A DNA stretch of 60,930 bases, counting the filler, from Asterionella formosa (taxonomy: Eukaryota), in NCBI GenBank assembly GCA_002256025.1. It is 4 parts of 4 records of this genome, joined end to end, with 100 filler letters (N's around TTAATTAATTAA, not from the genome) between each part and the next. Parts side by side here need not be neighbours in the genome. Positions count along the whole stretch, not along the records: positions 45,787 to 60,930 come from NKIB01005579.1; 3 more parts are not named here. The stretch is one strand, 5' to 3'. A program made the translations under genes and the position numbers. The notes beneath the pieces were generated by a model that was not told where the DNA came from, did no database searches, and worked only from the letters and a program-made list of their open reading frames with translations. Shown one piece after another: positions 48,619 through 59,850 of the stretch. Within the stretch, counting starts at the first letter, position 1. The number at the start of each line of letters is the position of its first letter.

Positions 48619-50031
48619 AGACCAATTCGGTTGCTGTTATCTGCAATACGTGCGATATGTTTTTGATTCGTTGTGCTGCCTGTGCGCATCAGGTTGATAA
48701 AGATGTATTCATATATTTCTTCGATGCAGCATGGAGCATTACCAACTGATTTACCTGAACCAATGGCGACATTACAGAAGTTTTCCGCGAACCCCTTTTC
48801 TTCCTCGCTGTTTCTGACGATGTAATTTCACCTCGAACAAAGTTACCGTGCAAAAATAATCTTACCCCGGAGTTATTAATTAACCTTTAAGTTCACAAGC
48901 CTACAGGTATTTGGATTAACCGAACATTAGACTTACTACTTTCAATACCTGTCACCTGCTCTGATTAACATCATACTTAGATTCAACAAGTTCACTTGAA
49001 TACCAGTAGATGGCTAACACTACACTACCACAACTCCGAAGCAGACAGCAAAGCACTGTAGTCTCACTTATTAATAGCTACTTCTGAAGGATACTGCCTA
49101 GTATTGAGTACCAAAAGTCAATTCGTGTGCTGAAAAACTACGATACAGCCATTTTGCACCTTTACTATACAGCTACTAGCTAGCGAAAAATTAAACTTGA
49201 CGTTTGATGAGATGCGTGTATGCATATATGGATAGACCTCGTCTTCTAGTCATCTCGGAAAGCTACTAAAATCCTCCCCGAGGTCAACATAGTAACATAC
49301 ATCAAGGGGGGGGGGGAAGTCTACCTAAATACACTAGAAAATTGTATAGTTTAAATATCTGATTGGTGTAGTTGATTGACGCATGTGGAAGATTGTATAG
49401 GTTAAATATCTGATAGGAGTAGTAGCTAGACCCAGTTGGCAGATGAAGGAAGTTTCGGCCGCTGTTTCTCAATTGTTGCTATGCTTGAGGCCTGAGGATC
49501 ATTTTCTGTGTGTGTTGCGTCATGTGTAGTGCATACGACGTAATGTTGTGTGGTGCACGTCGCCTCTCAACAAATTCTGTTTCACGATACCAGTACCATG
49601 GTAACGGGGTACCTGGTATTCCTACCTGTAGTCTATGTACAAGCAAGAGAAAGGGACGAATGATATTTGTAGAATGGATCGTCCCAAATGCATTGAAAAG
49701 GACGATCCGTAATCAGGGTACCTAGTCACTAGCAATTCAAGAGTGTAACGCATGCTGGGTTGTTTCGTTTACCCAGGAGAACAGGTGCGCATTAGTAAAA
49801 TACTGGATTAATCTGTCCTTCCTGTTATCTTTTGTAAAATGAGACAATGTAAATGATATCCTTAAATAATTGCTTAAGTCAATTTATGTACATAATAATG
49901 AAACATCGGCAGGCTGGTCAATGACAGACATTAGGGACCACAATCAATCACGTAGTATCCCTCACAACTTGAGATTGTCGGTCTAAGTCATTCATAAAAT
50001 GGCTATAAATCAACGATTGGCGAAACCTGCT

Positions 50032-50424
50032 TTACATTATCATTGAAATTTGCTCCGGGAGACTAACCCCAGACACTAGCTCGGTGCCTATAAGCACAAC
50101 AGCGGCAACCATGGCTAACCGCCCAACCAAAATTTCTGCATCCAGCATGTTCCCGGCGCGCTGTGCCTCCTTGGAGGCATTTGTTTTGCTAGGAAGTGCA
50201 TAAGTAGGAATGACTCTGGAAGCTTCAACGTAGACGCTTTGGTCTGTAAAGCTGTCTTCGTGGTCTTGTGTGTTTCTGTAGTTCAGTCTCGTGTTGCTAA
50301 AGAGCGCTGTCGACGACATGCTGGCAACCGCTGTTTTGATCACGGGAGGCGATGCAACTGAAAATGCTTGACTGGAAGAGAAGAAGACCATTAACAGGGT
50401 GATGGAAACAGTCAAGGAATGCAT
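50032..50424 (-). CDS. One-helix LHC-superfamily protein (HLIP/OHP-like), plastid-targeted
   Basis: Signal peptide SSQA-FSV. C-terminal AEILVGRLAMVAAVVLIGTELVSG..LPEQI. Confidence 0.82.
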   Translation of the reverse strand: MHSLTVSITLLMVFFSSSQAFSVASPPVIKTAVASMSSTALFSNTRLNYRNTQDHEDSFTDQSVYVEASRVIPTYALPSKTNASKEAQRAGNMLDAEILVGRLAMVAAVVLIGTELVSGVSLPEQISMIM

Positions 50425-50837
50425 GGTGGAGTTAGAGGAATAACCAGAAGAAGCTTTTGACTTGAAGGGTGACAGAATAAATGAGAATTACATATTGTGA
50501 TTGGCATTGTTCTTTGTGATTGATGGATGAGTTTCGAGGGCGATGATGCCGCTTTTGAACTTCCGACTTCTCAACCATCACTTGTCACCATGATTCCCGC
50601 CAGGCTGGCGGTTCGGGTCATTATTGCCATCAATCTTTCACGAGCCACCGATAACAAAAGGCATTACCAGTACCCCTAGCAAAATGTATGCATGAGGAAT
50701 CGCTGCGTACCGGTACATAGACGAATGAGGCTACCGGTACATACAGAACTTTGCTCAGTATACCACAAACAGTGCATTCGTTCTGTTCTGGTCGTGTGTA
50801 GTTTTGTAAGAAAGTCAAAATCATAGTGCCGGTAGGA

Positions 50838-51140
50838 GTACCTGGTACTCCACCTGGTACCCCTGGTACCATTACTGTGCCAGTATTGACAATTACCGGT
50901 AATTCAACCCCCAATACAACCATTTTTTGCCGTAGTGAAAGCTAGAGCACTGGTAGTTTACTAGCATGACGCAGGTACAAAGCATGCACTGGACTACTGG
51001 TATGAATAGTCTGTGAGTGGCGGGACCTGGTACCAGGTGGTAGTCTACCTTTCGTCACCAGCCATGGTGCCGCTGTTAAAATGAACAAGTACCTGGTACC
51101 AGTACCGTTACTCGGTTCCAGGTACTGGTACCCCCCTGGT
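50838..51140. repeat. (GGTACCW)n clusters upstream of the HLIP-like gene
   Basis: GTACCTGGTACTCCACCTGGTACCCCTGGTACC (50838), ACCTGGTACCAGGT (51025), GTACCTGGTACCAGTACC (51089) and CCAGGTACTGGTACC (51118). Confidence 0.8.
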
Positions 51141-52139
51141 AGCAATAACAGAAAATCATTTTACTCTGTTCTTTACCTCTGAGGAGTTTGTTTAGGACGG
51201 ATCGCCTAGATAGCAAAGGGCAGATATTTCCATTTTGGGCTGCTGTTGGCATTTGTTGCAACAAAAGCAACTTTAGGAATACTGCCCCTGACCACCATAT
51301 GTGCCATAATTTATGCAATATCATCCCATGAGCATTCATTTCAACTTTTATTTGTTGATGAGTACTTACAGATTCTTTTTTGCCAATTAACCATTGATCA
51401 AATGTCAGAACTCATGATTTTAAAACAGTCTAGGCCTTTCTTTGCTTAGCATTTGTTGGATTGTCGGTTATTAGCTGGAAAACGCACAGATAGGAGAACA
51501 CAACTGCTTTTTGACAGGGATACGCACAATGAGAACATGGTTTGGAGCATCGCTTCCTTTCCTCAAATCTTGGTAAATGTGAGACTCTAGAAGTTTCTCT
51601 GCTTGAGAAATTCCCTCGTCTGCCTTGTCTGCAGAATTCTTCCTTTTATGGCCTTTTTGATGATGACGAGGTCATTGACAGGCACATAGTAGTACCTTGT
51701 TGATTTCCACTGTGGGTAATAGCATTCCAAGTGATAAGACAATTTGGCATAAATACTACAATACCTTTTTTATTAATATTCAATGGAAGAATACTGGCCA
51801 ATTGTTTGGCTGCTATCATCTTTGGTTCCCCCAGGCTCCTCTACACTGAACTCACAGCCTGCCATTAGTATGATAGTCTATATGCCATCATCTCTGCCTG
51901 CCTGTACAACATCATAGAAATAAGTGCACATTCGCTAGCATGGGAATGTGTCAGTTCATTCACTCTTCTGGTCATCATTGTTGCCATGTTGATGTTTAAG
52001 TTTAATTTAATTAATGTTTTACCAGTAGCTAGTATAATCCCTCAGCAACATCACATCACACATCAGTACACCAGGTACACCCGTACAGGTCGTATGAGTC
52101 GTACTCAACGGTATTCACCAGGTACACATGCCTGGTACC

Positions 52140-52293
52140 AGGAACCAGGTAGAATTTCTTTGACAATACCATTGTATACCGCAGGGTTCCATTGTTCTGT
52201 TGGTAGAATGTTCTACCAAAATGTGAAAAAAATTCTACCCCCAGTACTACTGGGTAGAATTTTTGCCTTTCTCCATACCATATTTTCACCGGG
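52140..52293. repeat. Probable DNA-transposon terminus with GGTAGAA/TTCTACC subterminal palindromes
   Basis: TGGTAGAATGTTCTACCA (52201) and hairpin AATTCTACCC-CCAGTACTACTG-GGTAGAATT (52231-52261). The end TTTTCACCGGG reads CCCGGTGAAAA on the minus strand. Confidence 0.5.
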
Positions 52294-55233
52294 TCAAGCA
52301 AGAAGAGGGTATCGGACAGTATCGACCTGTCCAAAGTAGAACACTACCGGAATCCAAAGAAAATACTACTTAAGAAAATTTCGTCAATAATGTACCAGAT
52401 ATCAGCAAGTTTCGATCATTTTGCTGAAATTAATAACATGACGCAGGACAGGCGTTTATTTACATAGAAAACGTCATCAATTCACTCTTTAAAATCGTCT
52501 ATTGGCGGTATGCATGGTGATCACCACTTAGTGAGCACTAGGTTTTATGCTAATTTTATTCTTTAAAACTGGGAAACATTAAAAAACACAACAACAATGA
52601 CCGGGGCAATAGAGGGGCAGCCCGAAGAAAAGTAAGCTAGCCTTGTTACTTACTTTGCTTAATTCTCTCGAACTCAAAATCGTTCTCCTTTTCTTGCCAA
52701 AGTGATGAAAACAACCTCCTAACTTAATCAATGGTTTTCAGAGTCGTTGGGATTGGAATTTCGTGACTGCCAGCATCATCATGGCAATGACCTGATATAA
52801 CTATTGTGAACTACCGGTATGTATTTACAGGTTATTGGCAGTTAAAAGGAGTGTGCATCAGACCAGTTAGAGAAGTTAATAATATCCAAAAAACCAATCA
52901 TATCGAGGTCGATCGACTCTCATATCCACCTAAGTATTACGTTGGGGGTTTGTCTACCACATCTCCCCTTTTTTCCTCTAATAAGATCGACTCCTTCGAC
53001 CTGAAATCAAAACAATTTGTAGTAGCATCGTATAACGATGCAGTTAAACGGGGAGATCAACATCTAACCTTTAACTATTAGCTCGTGAGCATATAGCCAA
53101 ATTGGTTTCATCCAAAATTCGTAAGACTAGATCCTGACTGACAACTCCTGTCATCTCGGATTTAATATAAACAAAGTGATTCTCTTACAAGGGCGGGGTG
53201 GCTGGGGGGTAGGTAAATTTTTCTTCTTCCTCTTGATGCGACTGCGTACTTCACAGATGATAAGTCCTCTGGAGCAGCAACAAACAAGAGTAAGGCTCAA
53301 CAAGCGTATCGACTTCTCGTAATTCTGTTGATAGCAACAGAATCAGAAAGTGCGGCTTTTCAGCCCCAGAGCGTCCTCTCATTTGCTGTAGTGTCAGCCA
53401 GTGCACGACGGACGTACCTCTGCCTGTTCTGACGCATCTGCTTGTGAACATACCTCAAACCTCCTTAGCTGGAAGCACGCAGTGGATGTACGCATGCAAC
53501 GTTGGAGAGGAATATTGAACAGGTGCACATGCGCAACAATATTATTTCAAAGTGACTCCGTGCTGACGTCATGCGTCACTGCACTACATTGCACCACCAT
53601 AGACCTACTGGTACCAGGGTACTTACTGGTAAGCAAACAATTTTGAAATCTCATCACCATCACCTTCCATCATTCCCATCTCCATTTTGCGGTGTCGGCC
53701 GATACAAGGAATCAAATATAAGCTAATGTAGTTGTAGTCTCATTTGTTTTGTAGCTACTGTAAAAGTGTCGTATTTGCTCATAGCATCATTGTTCAAAGA
53801 TTGCGCATCTCTAAATAAGATCAAAAAAATGTGCCAGCAGCGACTTCAATTTTCGCTGTCAATATTACTAGTGCTATTGGGATTATTCTTTTACAATTGT
53901 ACTGTCTATGTAATGATTGATATTTATATCAAAAGGGAAAGCATCATTCTCATTTTTCGTCGAGATATTCTCTATTTTCATCATGGTCAGTGCTCCGATG
54001 ACATGATGATGAAGGATTCTTCAGCCATTTACAACTGCACAACTGGTGCGTGTTCAGTATCATAGTTATAGCTATAGTATGATTATGTAGGTCGTAGGTG
54101 ACAGTGATGGCAGCAGCATTGAAATGATGACATCACAATAAGCAAAATTGCTACTTTAGTAAGCAAAACGGTCCCACATTAAGCAAAACGATGCATTATA
54201 ACATAAATTGTTGTGCTCATAACCGCAAAATTTGTGTTTGCATTGACCAAATTTGGTAACTCCGGTTTGAACCTCTGCAGTTCGAAATAAGAGTGCAATG
54301 TATAAAAATATGCCTATTCAGGATTGAAATGCAGGAACCTTAACTGGTGTAGCCACTTGTTTGGATATGAGGTCTGACTTGCATGAACCGCAACCTCTAG
54401 GAACGGTTAACAGGTCATTTCATTTTTCAGAAAGTCAAAATTGTTCGGTTGGCTACATACGGAGGGGTAATTTTCCATTAGCATGATGAAGTACAGAAAC
54501 TATTTATTTAGCCATATCTATTTATGTACCACAACTTTTACGATGCTATTGCTCTGGCATCCGAATTCTATCCGTAACGACAACTGCCCCATGTGTACCA
54601 AGCACTGTACCTGGTACCAGGAGGTACGTGGTCATGATGACGGTGTGCATGTTTTGTACGTCGGAAGTTGTCTTCACTTGCTTGGGACCTCATCATGTTC
54701 CAATGTAAATTTATAGCCTTTATTGTCTGGCCATTGTAAGCCAAAACGCCACATGCAAAGATCAAATTATTTACCGTTAGACTACAAGGTGCTACCGAGG
54801 TAATATGTACAAAGAGAGAACGAGGTCACGGTGAACTAAAAGTCATTAATATGCATGCATACACCGATACCGATACATAGGCCTTTTTCTGTTCAGACGC
54901 TGACCGCCGTTGGACTTCGCTCACGTACAGCCAGTTGCCAGCAGTCACGGGAACGAAGTCATCCCGTGATTTCCCTACCGCACGGTAGGAATGAACGCGT
55001 TGCCCCTGGTACCAGGTACACCGGTTGGCTGATGTACCCAATTGTGCCGTGCCAAGTACAAGGTACCAGGTACTCCATGTTAGATACATAGACACGATAC
55101 CGGGTAGTGCGAGGAGCTCTCGCAGATTTCACGATATGGTTACTGCTTGGCGCATAAACTTTCCTCTGTTGCTTTGTTGAAACGAGAAGTCTCTTTCATT
55201 CCAAAAAAGGCAATCAATCGCAAATCAAACATA

Positions 55234-56122
55234 ATGACCAGCCAAGACTCGCAGACCGCCGCTAAATCCGCTGCAGACACTGTCTTGTGCAAGATGGGAT
55301 GTGGTTTCTTCGTAAGTATTCCTTGATCCCTCGGTCCTCGCACGCTTCGGTGTTCCGCGTCAACATTAAAACCGCACATGTTCCCCGTTTCAGGCTTTGA
55401 CGGGAGCGACGGGAACTAGCCACATGGATGGTGTTTATGGAGTAGGTTGGAGTGTTGGGAAATATCAACCTTAAAGTAACGCCGAGAACGAGACCATGTC
55501 ATCATTCCTCAAGTCCTGTTCGGAATATCTTGCTCTTGGTGTTTCGTTAACTTTCGACGAAGAAAATGTTTGGCCGGCAAAAATAAGGCTAAATATTTAG
55601 AGCCTGACTGAATTTTTTTGCTGCTCGATTTCGCGTGCGTTATGACGCTGACATTGATTCTTGTTCTGTAATCAAAATTCGAAAAGAGCTCATGCATTGA
55701 TGACACATGAAAAATTTTCAGCCATTCTCTGAACACATAATCTGACCCTTTTCTTATCCTTTTTGTTTTAGGGAAGCGGAGCAACTGGTGACTGCTGCTC
55801 GAAATGTTGGCTCAGCGCCCAAAAGAAGCAGGGAGTGACTCAGAGCGGACAACAGCACTGTGTTGAAGTAGCGAAGCCAATGGAAGTGTCACCCAGGGAG
55901 GAACCGACGCCTATGGACATTGAAGATACCAAGCAAATCGAGGCAAGTGAAGAAGGCAACCAGACAACGCCAAAGAAGCGCAAGAAGAAGAAGGCATCTT
56001 ACAAGGACATGATGGCTGCCATGACCAAGCCTCAATCGCCTTCACCGGACATTGAAAAAGAAAAGGAATCATTGCGCAAGGTCGTTGGTGGAGGCGTGTT
56101 CCAAAAGATCGAAAAGATCTAG
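55234..56122 (+). CDS. A20-type zinc-finger protein without an AN1 domain; 460-nt intron 55312-55771
   Basis: Exon 1 MTSQ...LCKMGCGFF joins GSGATGDCCSKCW, completing the A20 C-x3-CGFFG-x6-CSKC finger. It is in frame with the 55835-56122 ORF. Confidence 0.9.
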
Positions 56123-56626
56123 ACAGAAACGAAAAAGGAACATTTGTATAGAAAAGTCACACTCCGCGTACTAACCTTCCCTCTGCGCCTGTTATAATTT
56201 TACATCGAAGTCGCTTGAAATCCACTCTTAAATTTTTGGTCATGTAGGGAATTTCACTATTGGTAGATGGGAATTTTATGATGTTTCTGAAGTATTTCAC
56301 TATGATTTAGCCGCCCATACCACGGCCCATGCTTCCAACATAGCAGTCATTGTGAAATCAGCCAAAACGCCTAAATGAGGTACCTAGTTGTATTGCAGTG
56401 ATACTTGTACGTTGAGGAGAGGCACTATCACTCCATCCTAAGATATAGGCAATATCTATACATCTTGCTAAGCAAGTCCTTGAAATGCAGGGCGCGTCAT
56501 CGTTTCAGTTGGGAAGGGATAGAAGTATCAGGAAATACAACTGTCCTTTACAAGAAAAGTTTATATAGTGTCATTTGTATTGTCACATAGGAACGTAAAT
56601 GGAATCTCCATCGCAAACACCTGCAA

Positions 56627-57632
56627 CTATAATCTATGTAAGGGGTGACCATGGGCTTTACCTTGTAACCAAAACTTGTGCACGCTCTCGCGATCAAGAC
56701 CAGGATTGAATGTATTAATGCCAATGTTTAGGTTTGTTACTGGAATATCCACCGTATATTCACAACGTGGGTGCAGGGCTCGTGAAAATCCTCCATCCAG
56801 ATGCATTCCTCCGAACTCGTCATTTAACCAAGCACCCCAACCTGTAATGTAAGGACTGAGCATTGAAATGAGCTTAAAGGAACGGAGAGCAACGTATACA
56901 GCTATCGTGAAACAACGTTAACCTACATGTAGGTGGTCTTTATCAGCAAATCTCTGAGCTCTAATGGACTTTTTGCCTTGCCAATAGTCAATCCTTCTTT
57001 CGCTGTGGTCACGAGTATATTCATCCGATCAACAGCTTCTGAAAGTACGTTGTCATCTACCGAAAGAATATCATCGACAAACCGATTCACAATTTCGTAT
57101 CTAGAAATGTTTCCACTTTGCCAAGCATGCTGAACTCCAAAGGTAGAACTCAATGCATCATCTATTGAAGTATTCGTCAAAGCCATGAGAATGCCTTTTG
57201 GGAGGTTCAAGGGGGTGAGTGCCGATTCATGAAGTGGAACTGGCAACGGATGAATCGATCAACTTACTGAGACAGCCAGACGAGTAACAGTAGTAGTGGT
57301 GTTCGTGTAGATTTCTTATACCCTGAAGTACACCAAGCTGAAACCAAAAGCCAGAAAATCCAGCACCTGATGGGTGAGGAAGGAAGCATGAGTCAAAGAA
57401 ACGAACATGAGTCCAATCGTCCCTGAAAGGAACGAAATGACGCCCATCTGATCGTACAAGTAATCTCTCATCTCCTACCTTGAATGTATACACTGTTGTT
57501 ACCAGCAGGTTCAGCTACATCATAGACTAATTGTAGTGGTGGAGCCGCCAAGAGAAAGTACATGCCAATGAAAGACACCGCCAACACGCCAATGAGCCGA
57601 CTAAGGCAAAATAGCTTCCACAGAAGACCCAT
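56627..57632 (-). CDS. Patatin-like phospholipase-fold protein; introns 57367-57478, 57195-57267 and 56856-56926
   Basis: The spliced product has an N-terminal TM/signal, VYIQGAGFSGFWFQLG (Gly loop), CYSSGC (nucleophile elbow), TTYIPYITG and LDGGF. Confidence 0.82.
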
Positions 57633-58049
57633 CAATCATGTGTTAATGAATTGGAAATCCCAAGAGGGATCGGATGAACTGCTTTGTTCAGAAGTTTGGG
57701 GAAATCAATTTCACCTCCACTTATATTGAAACAATGCCAGACAAACGGCAAAAACATGGAAAAAGGATTCGCAGATTGAACCTTTGTTTCGGCATCGAGA
57801 ACAAAAAAGGTGATGTGACCATCAAAACAGATTCTTACCGGTAATAGTCCGTTGCCTGTCTTCTTTTCAACATGTCGGCAGCTGCCGTATGACGTAACAC
57901 GTTATGTAATATAAGAGGCACCATCGTTTCGACCAAACTTCCACGTTCTACTGGTATCTATTGGAAAAAGCCATCAATTAGTCCAAGGAGTCAGTTGAAA
58001 TGGAAAATGCATGAACAATACATACCTCTATACATACTGGTACTCCGAC

Positions 58050-58068
58050 TACCTGGTACCTGGTACCT
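58050..58068. repeat. (GGTACCW)n cluster in the divergent promoter
   Basis: TACCTGGTACCTGGTACCT. Confidence 0.85.
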
Positions 58069-58198
58069 GCTACTGTATTCATTGTCTTTCTCAGCTGATA
58101 AAGGACAAGTTTAAAGTGCAAAAAAGAAGAAGGCAGCTACCGGTATCAGCACCACTTCTCGACGATTTGAGTAACGCAAACAAGAACACCACCATGCT

Positions 58199-59821
58199 AT
58201 GAACTACGCCGAAGATAGGATTGATCGGAGAGCCAGGAACAATGGACTTTGGAACGATTTCCAGTCGGCAAGGCTAAACAAAACACAAGCGTTGCTTGCC
58301 AACACTTTGAGAGATGTAGGCTGGATAAGACAGGCCACCTTTCATTACGGCCAAGTTTGGATTGATAACCCAAACTCGCAGCGAGCAGCTGGAGATTATG
58401 CTCAAATGGCAGAACTTGCAGGCTTTGCTGAAGTTGGAGTAGTGGCACTGTTTCACTTTAGAACCTGTGGGAGGTTACGATCGGTAGGCGAGGTAACTGC
58501 TGGTATCAGCGAATTGGAAGAGATATCGTCAAATTGGTTGCGGAAAAAGTGTAGGAGTGGCAATTGTGGATGTGGAGTAGTGGAATGCGGGCAGTATTTG
58601 TGCTTTGTGCCAATGCTGGACTGCGAGATCACGCTGGAAGCTATGGATTCATACGTTTCTCAAATTGCCCTTCGCTGCGAGGGCATGCCAACGACTCATG
58701 AGGTTCTCTCGACTCTGGCAAAGCCAGCAACACTTTCTTGTAGTGATAATGTATCACCATTGCTTCGATATTGGAACGACAGGGACGATGCCTTTGTGCC
58801 ATTGGAACCTGTCCTCCAGCTATTATTGACCAAACTACTTTACTTGACGTTGCCGCACCTCGCGGCCGAGGCCGTCACGCACCTTCGGTTTCACAATCCC
58901 CCACAACTCGCGACCGATTTCAAATCGCACTGGGCCTATTTCGTCTTAATACAATCGGTAGTTCTTGGAGAACGCATCAAGCCTCATCGTCGACGAACAT
59001 TGGAACAGTACCACGTTCCCGTCTGGGATCTTTTATGGGGCAAAGATCAACGTCGCAATCAATGCCACTCCGGTCAACCAACCGAAGCTCCCCTTAGTAT
59101 GATGCATTTCAAGCAGGTGCTGAACAGCTGCTGCAGATCGATTGATGAGCCCCCAAAACTAGCCGTGAACAATTGTGCTGAAACTCCGCTTTTTGTCGTT
59201 GGGGACTCGCATGTCCTGAGCATTGCGTGGCAAACGGTGGTGCTCCCATCTTCTGGTCTTCGCCGTCTGATTGTCCCCATTGTCGTCACTGGTATCAAAG
59301 CCTGGCACATACGATCAGAAACCCTTTTCTTTACAAATTCATTGTTACACACGCTATTGCAACGAATAGACTGTCGTACTATCATCATCAGTGCAGGTGA
59401 GATTGATTGTCGGGAAGGCATCGGTGGTCAGGAATTGGAGGGTTACTCTCAGATTTGCCAAGCGCAGATTGCGAATACTGTATGCACCTACGTGGATGCC
59501 CTCGACCAGTTGTCGACTCAGTACAACCTCCAAATCCTCGTCATGCCAGTGGCTCCTCACGCTCACAAATCTGACAAGTATGGCAAAGCAGTGGGACGAG
59601 CAACTCGACGGCAAGTGATGCAATGCTGGAACAAGGAGTTAAAACGAATGATAGATCCACATAAGCGGCTCTTTTTGTTGGATTACGAAGCATCATTACT
59701 TGATCCAGGATACGTGCTCAAACCAGTCTTCAATGCTGATTCGACACATATGAACAGTGCGTTTCTACCGCATCTGGAAGCTGCGATGCAAACGTGTGGG
59801 TTGGATGAAAATCTTTGCTAG
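58199..59821 (+). CDS. Protein with a C-terminal SGNH/GDSL-like hydrolase domain
   Basis: 540-aa ORF with FVVGDSH (block I), GEIDCREG (block III-like) and ADSTHMN (DxxH). Confidence 0.8.
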   Translation: MNYAEDRIDRRARNNGLWNDFQSARLNKTQALLANTLRDVGWIRQATFHYGQVWIDNPNSQRAAGDYAQMAELAGFAEVGVVALFHFRTCGRLRSVGEVTAGISELEEISSNWLRKKCRSGNCGCGVVECGQYLCFVPMLDCEITLEAMDSYVSQIALRCEGMPTTHEVLSTLAKPATLSCSDNVSPLLRYWNDRDDAFVPLEPVLQLLLTKLLYLTLPHLAAEAVTHLRFHNPPQLATDFKSHWAYFVLIQSVVLGERIKPHRRRTLEQYHVPVWDLLWGKDQRRNQCHSGQPTEAPLSMMHFKQVLNSCCRSIDEPPKLAVNNCAETPLFVVGDSHVLSIAWQTVVLPSSGLRRLIVPIVVTGIKAWHIRSETLFFTNSLLHTLLQRIDCRTIIISAGEIDCREGIGGQELEGYSQICQAQIANTVCTYVDALDQLSTQYNLQILVMPVAPHAHKSDKYGKAVGRATRRQVMQCWNKELKRMIDPHKRLFLLDYEASLLDPGYVLKPVFNADSTHMNSAFLPHLEAAMQTCGLDENLC

Positions 59822-59850
59822 AGAAGAGAGCTTATTAACTACTATATAGC

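Noticed and set aside
49341..49417. Two copies of ATTGTATAG.TTAAATATCTGAT.GG
   Set aside because: A short local duplication with no further structure or context.
53250..53432. Presequence-like or gag-like peptide AYRLLVILLIATESESAAFQP
   Set aside because: No in-frame ATG was found nearby and the frame closes soon after; cannot be supported as a gene.
55312..55771. TPP riboswitch in the long intron
   Set aside because: The conserved GCTGAGA and CCTGA...TAAT elements are not present in the required arrangement.
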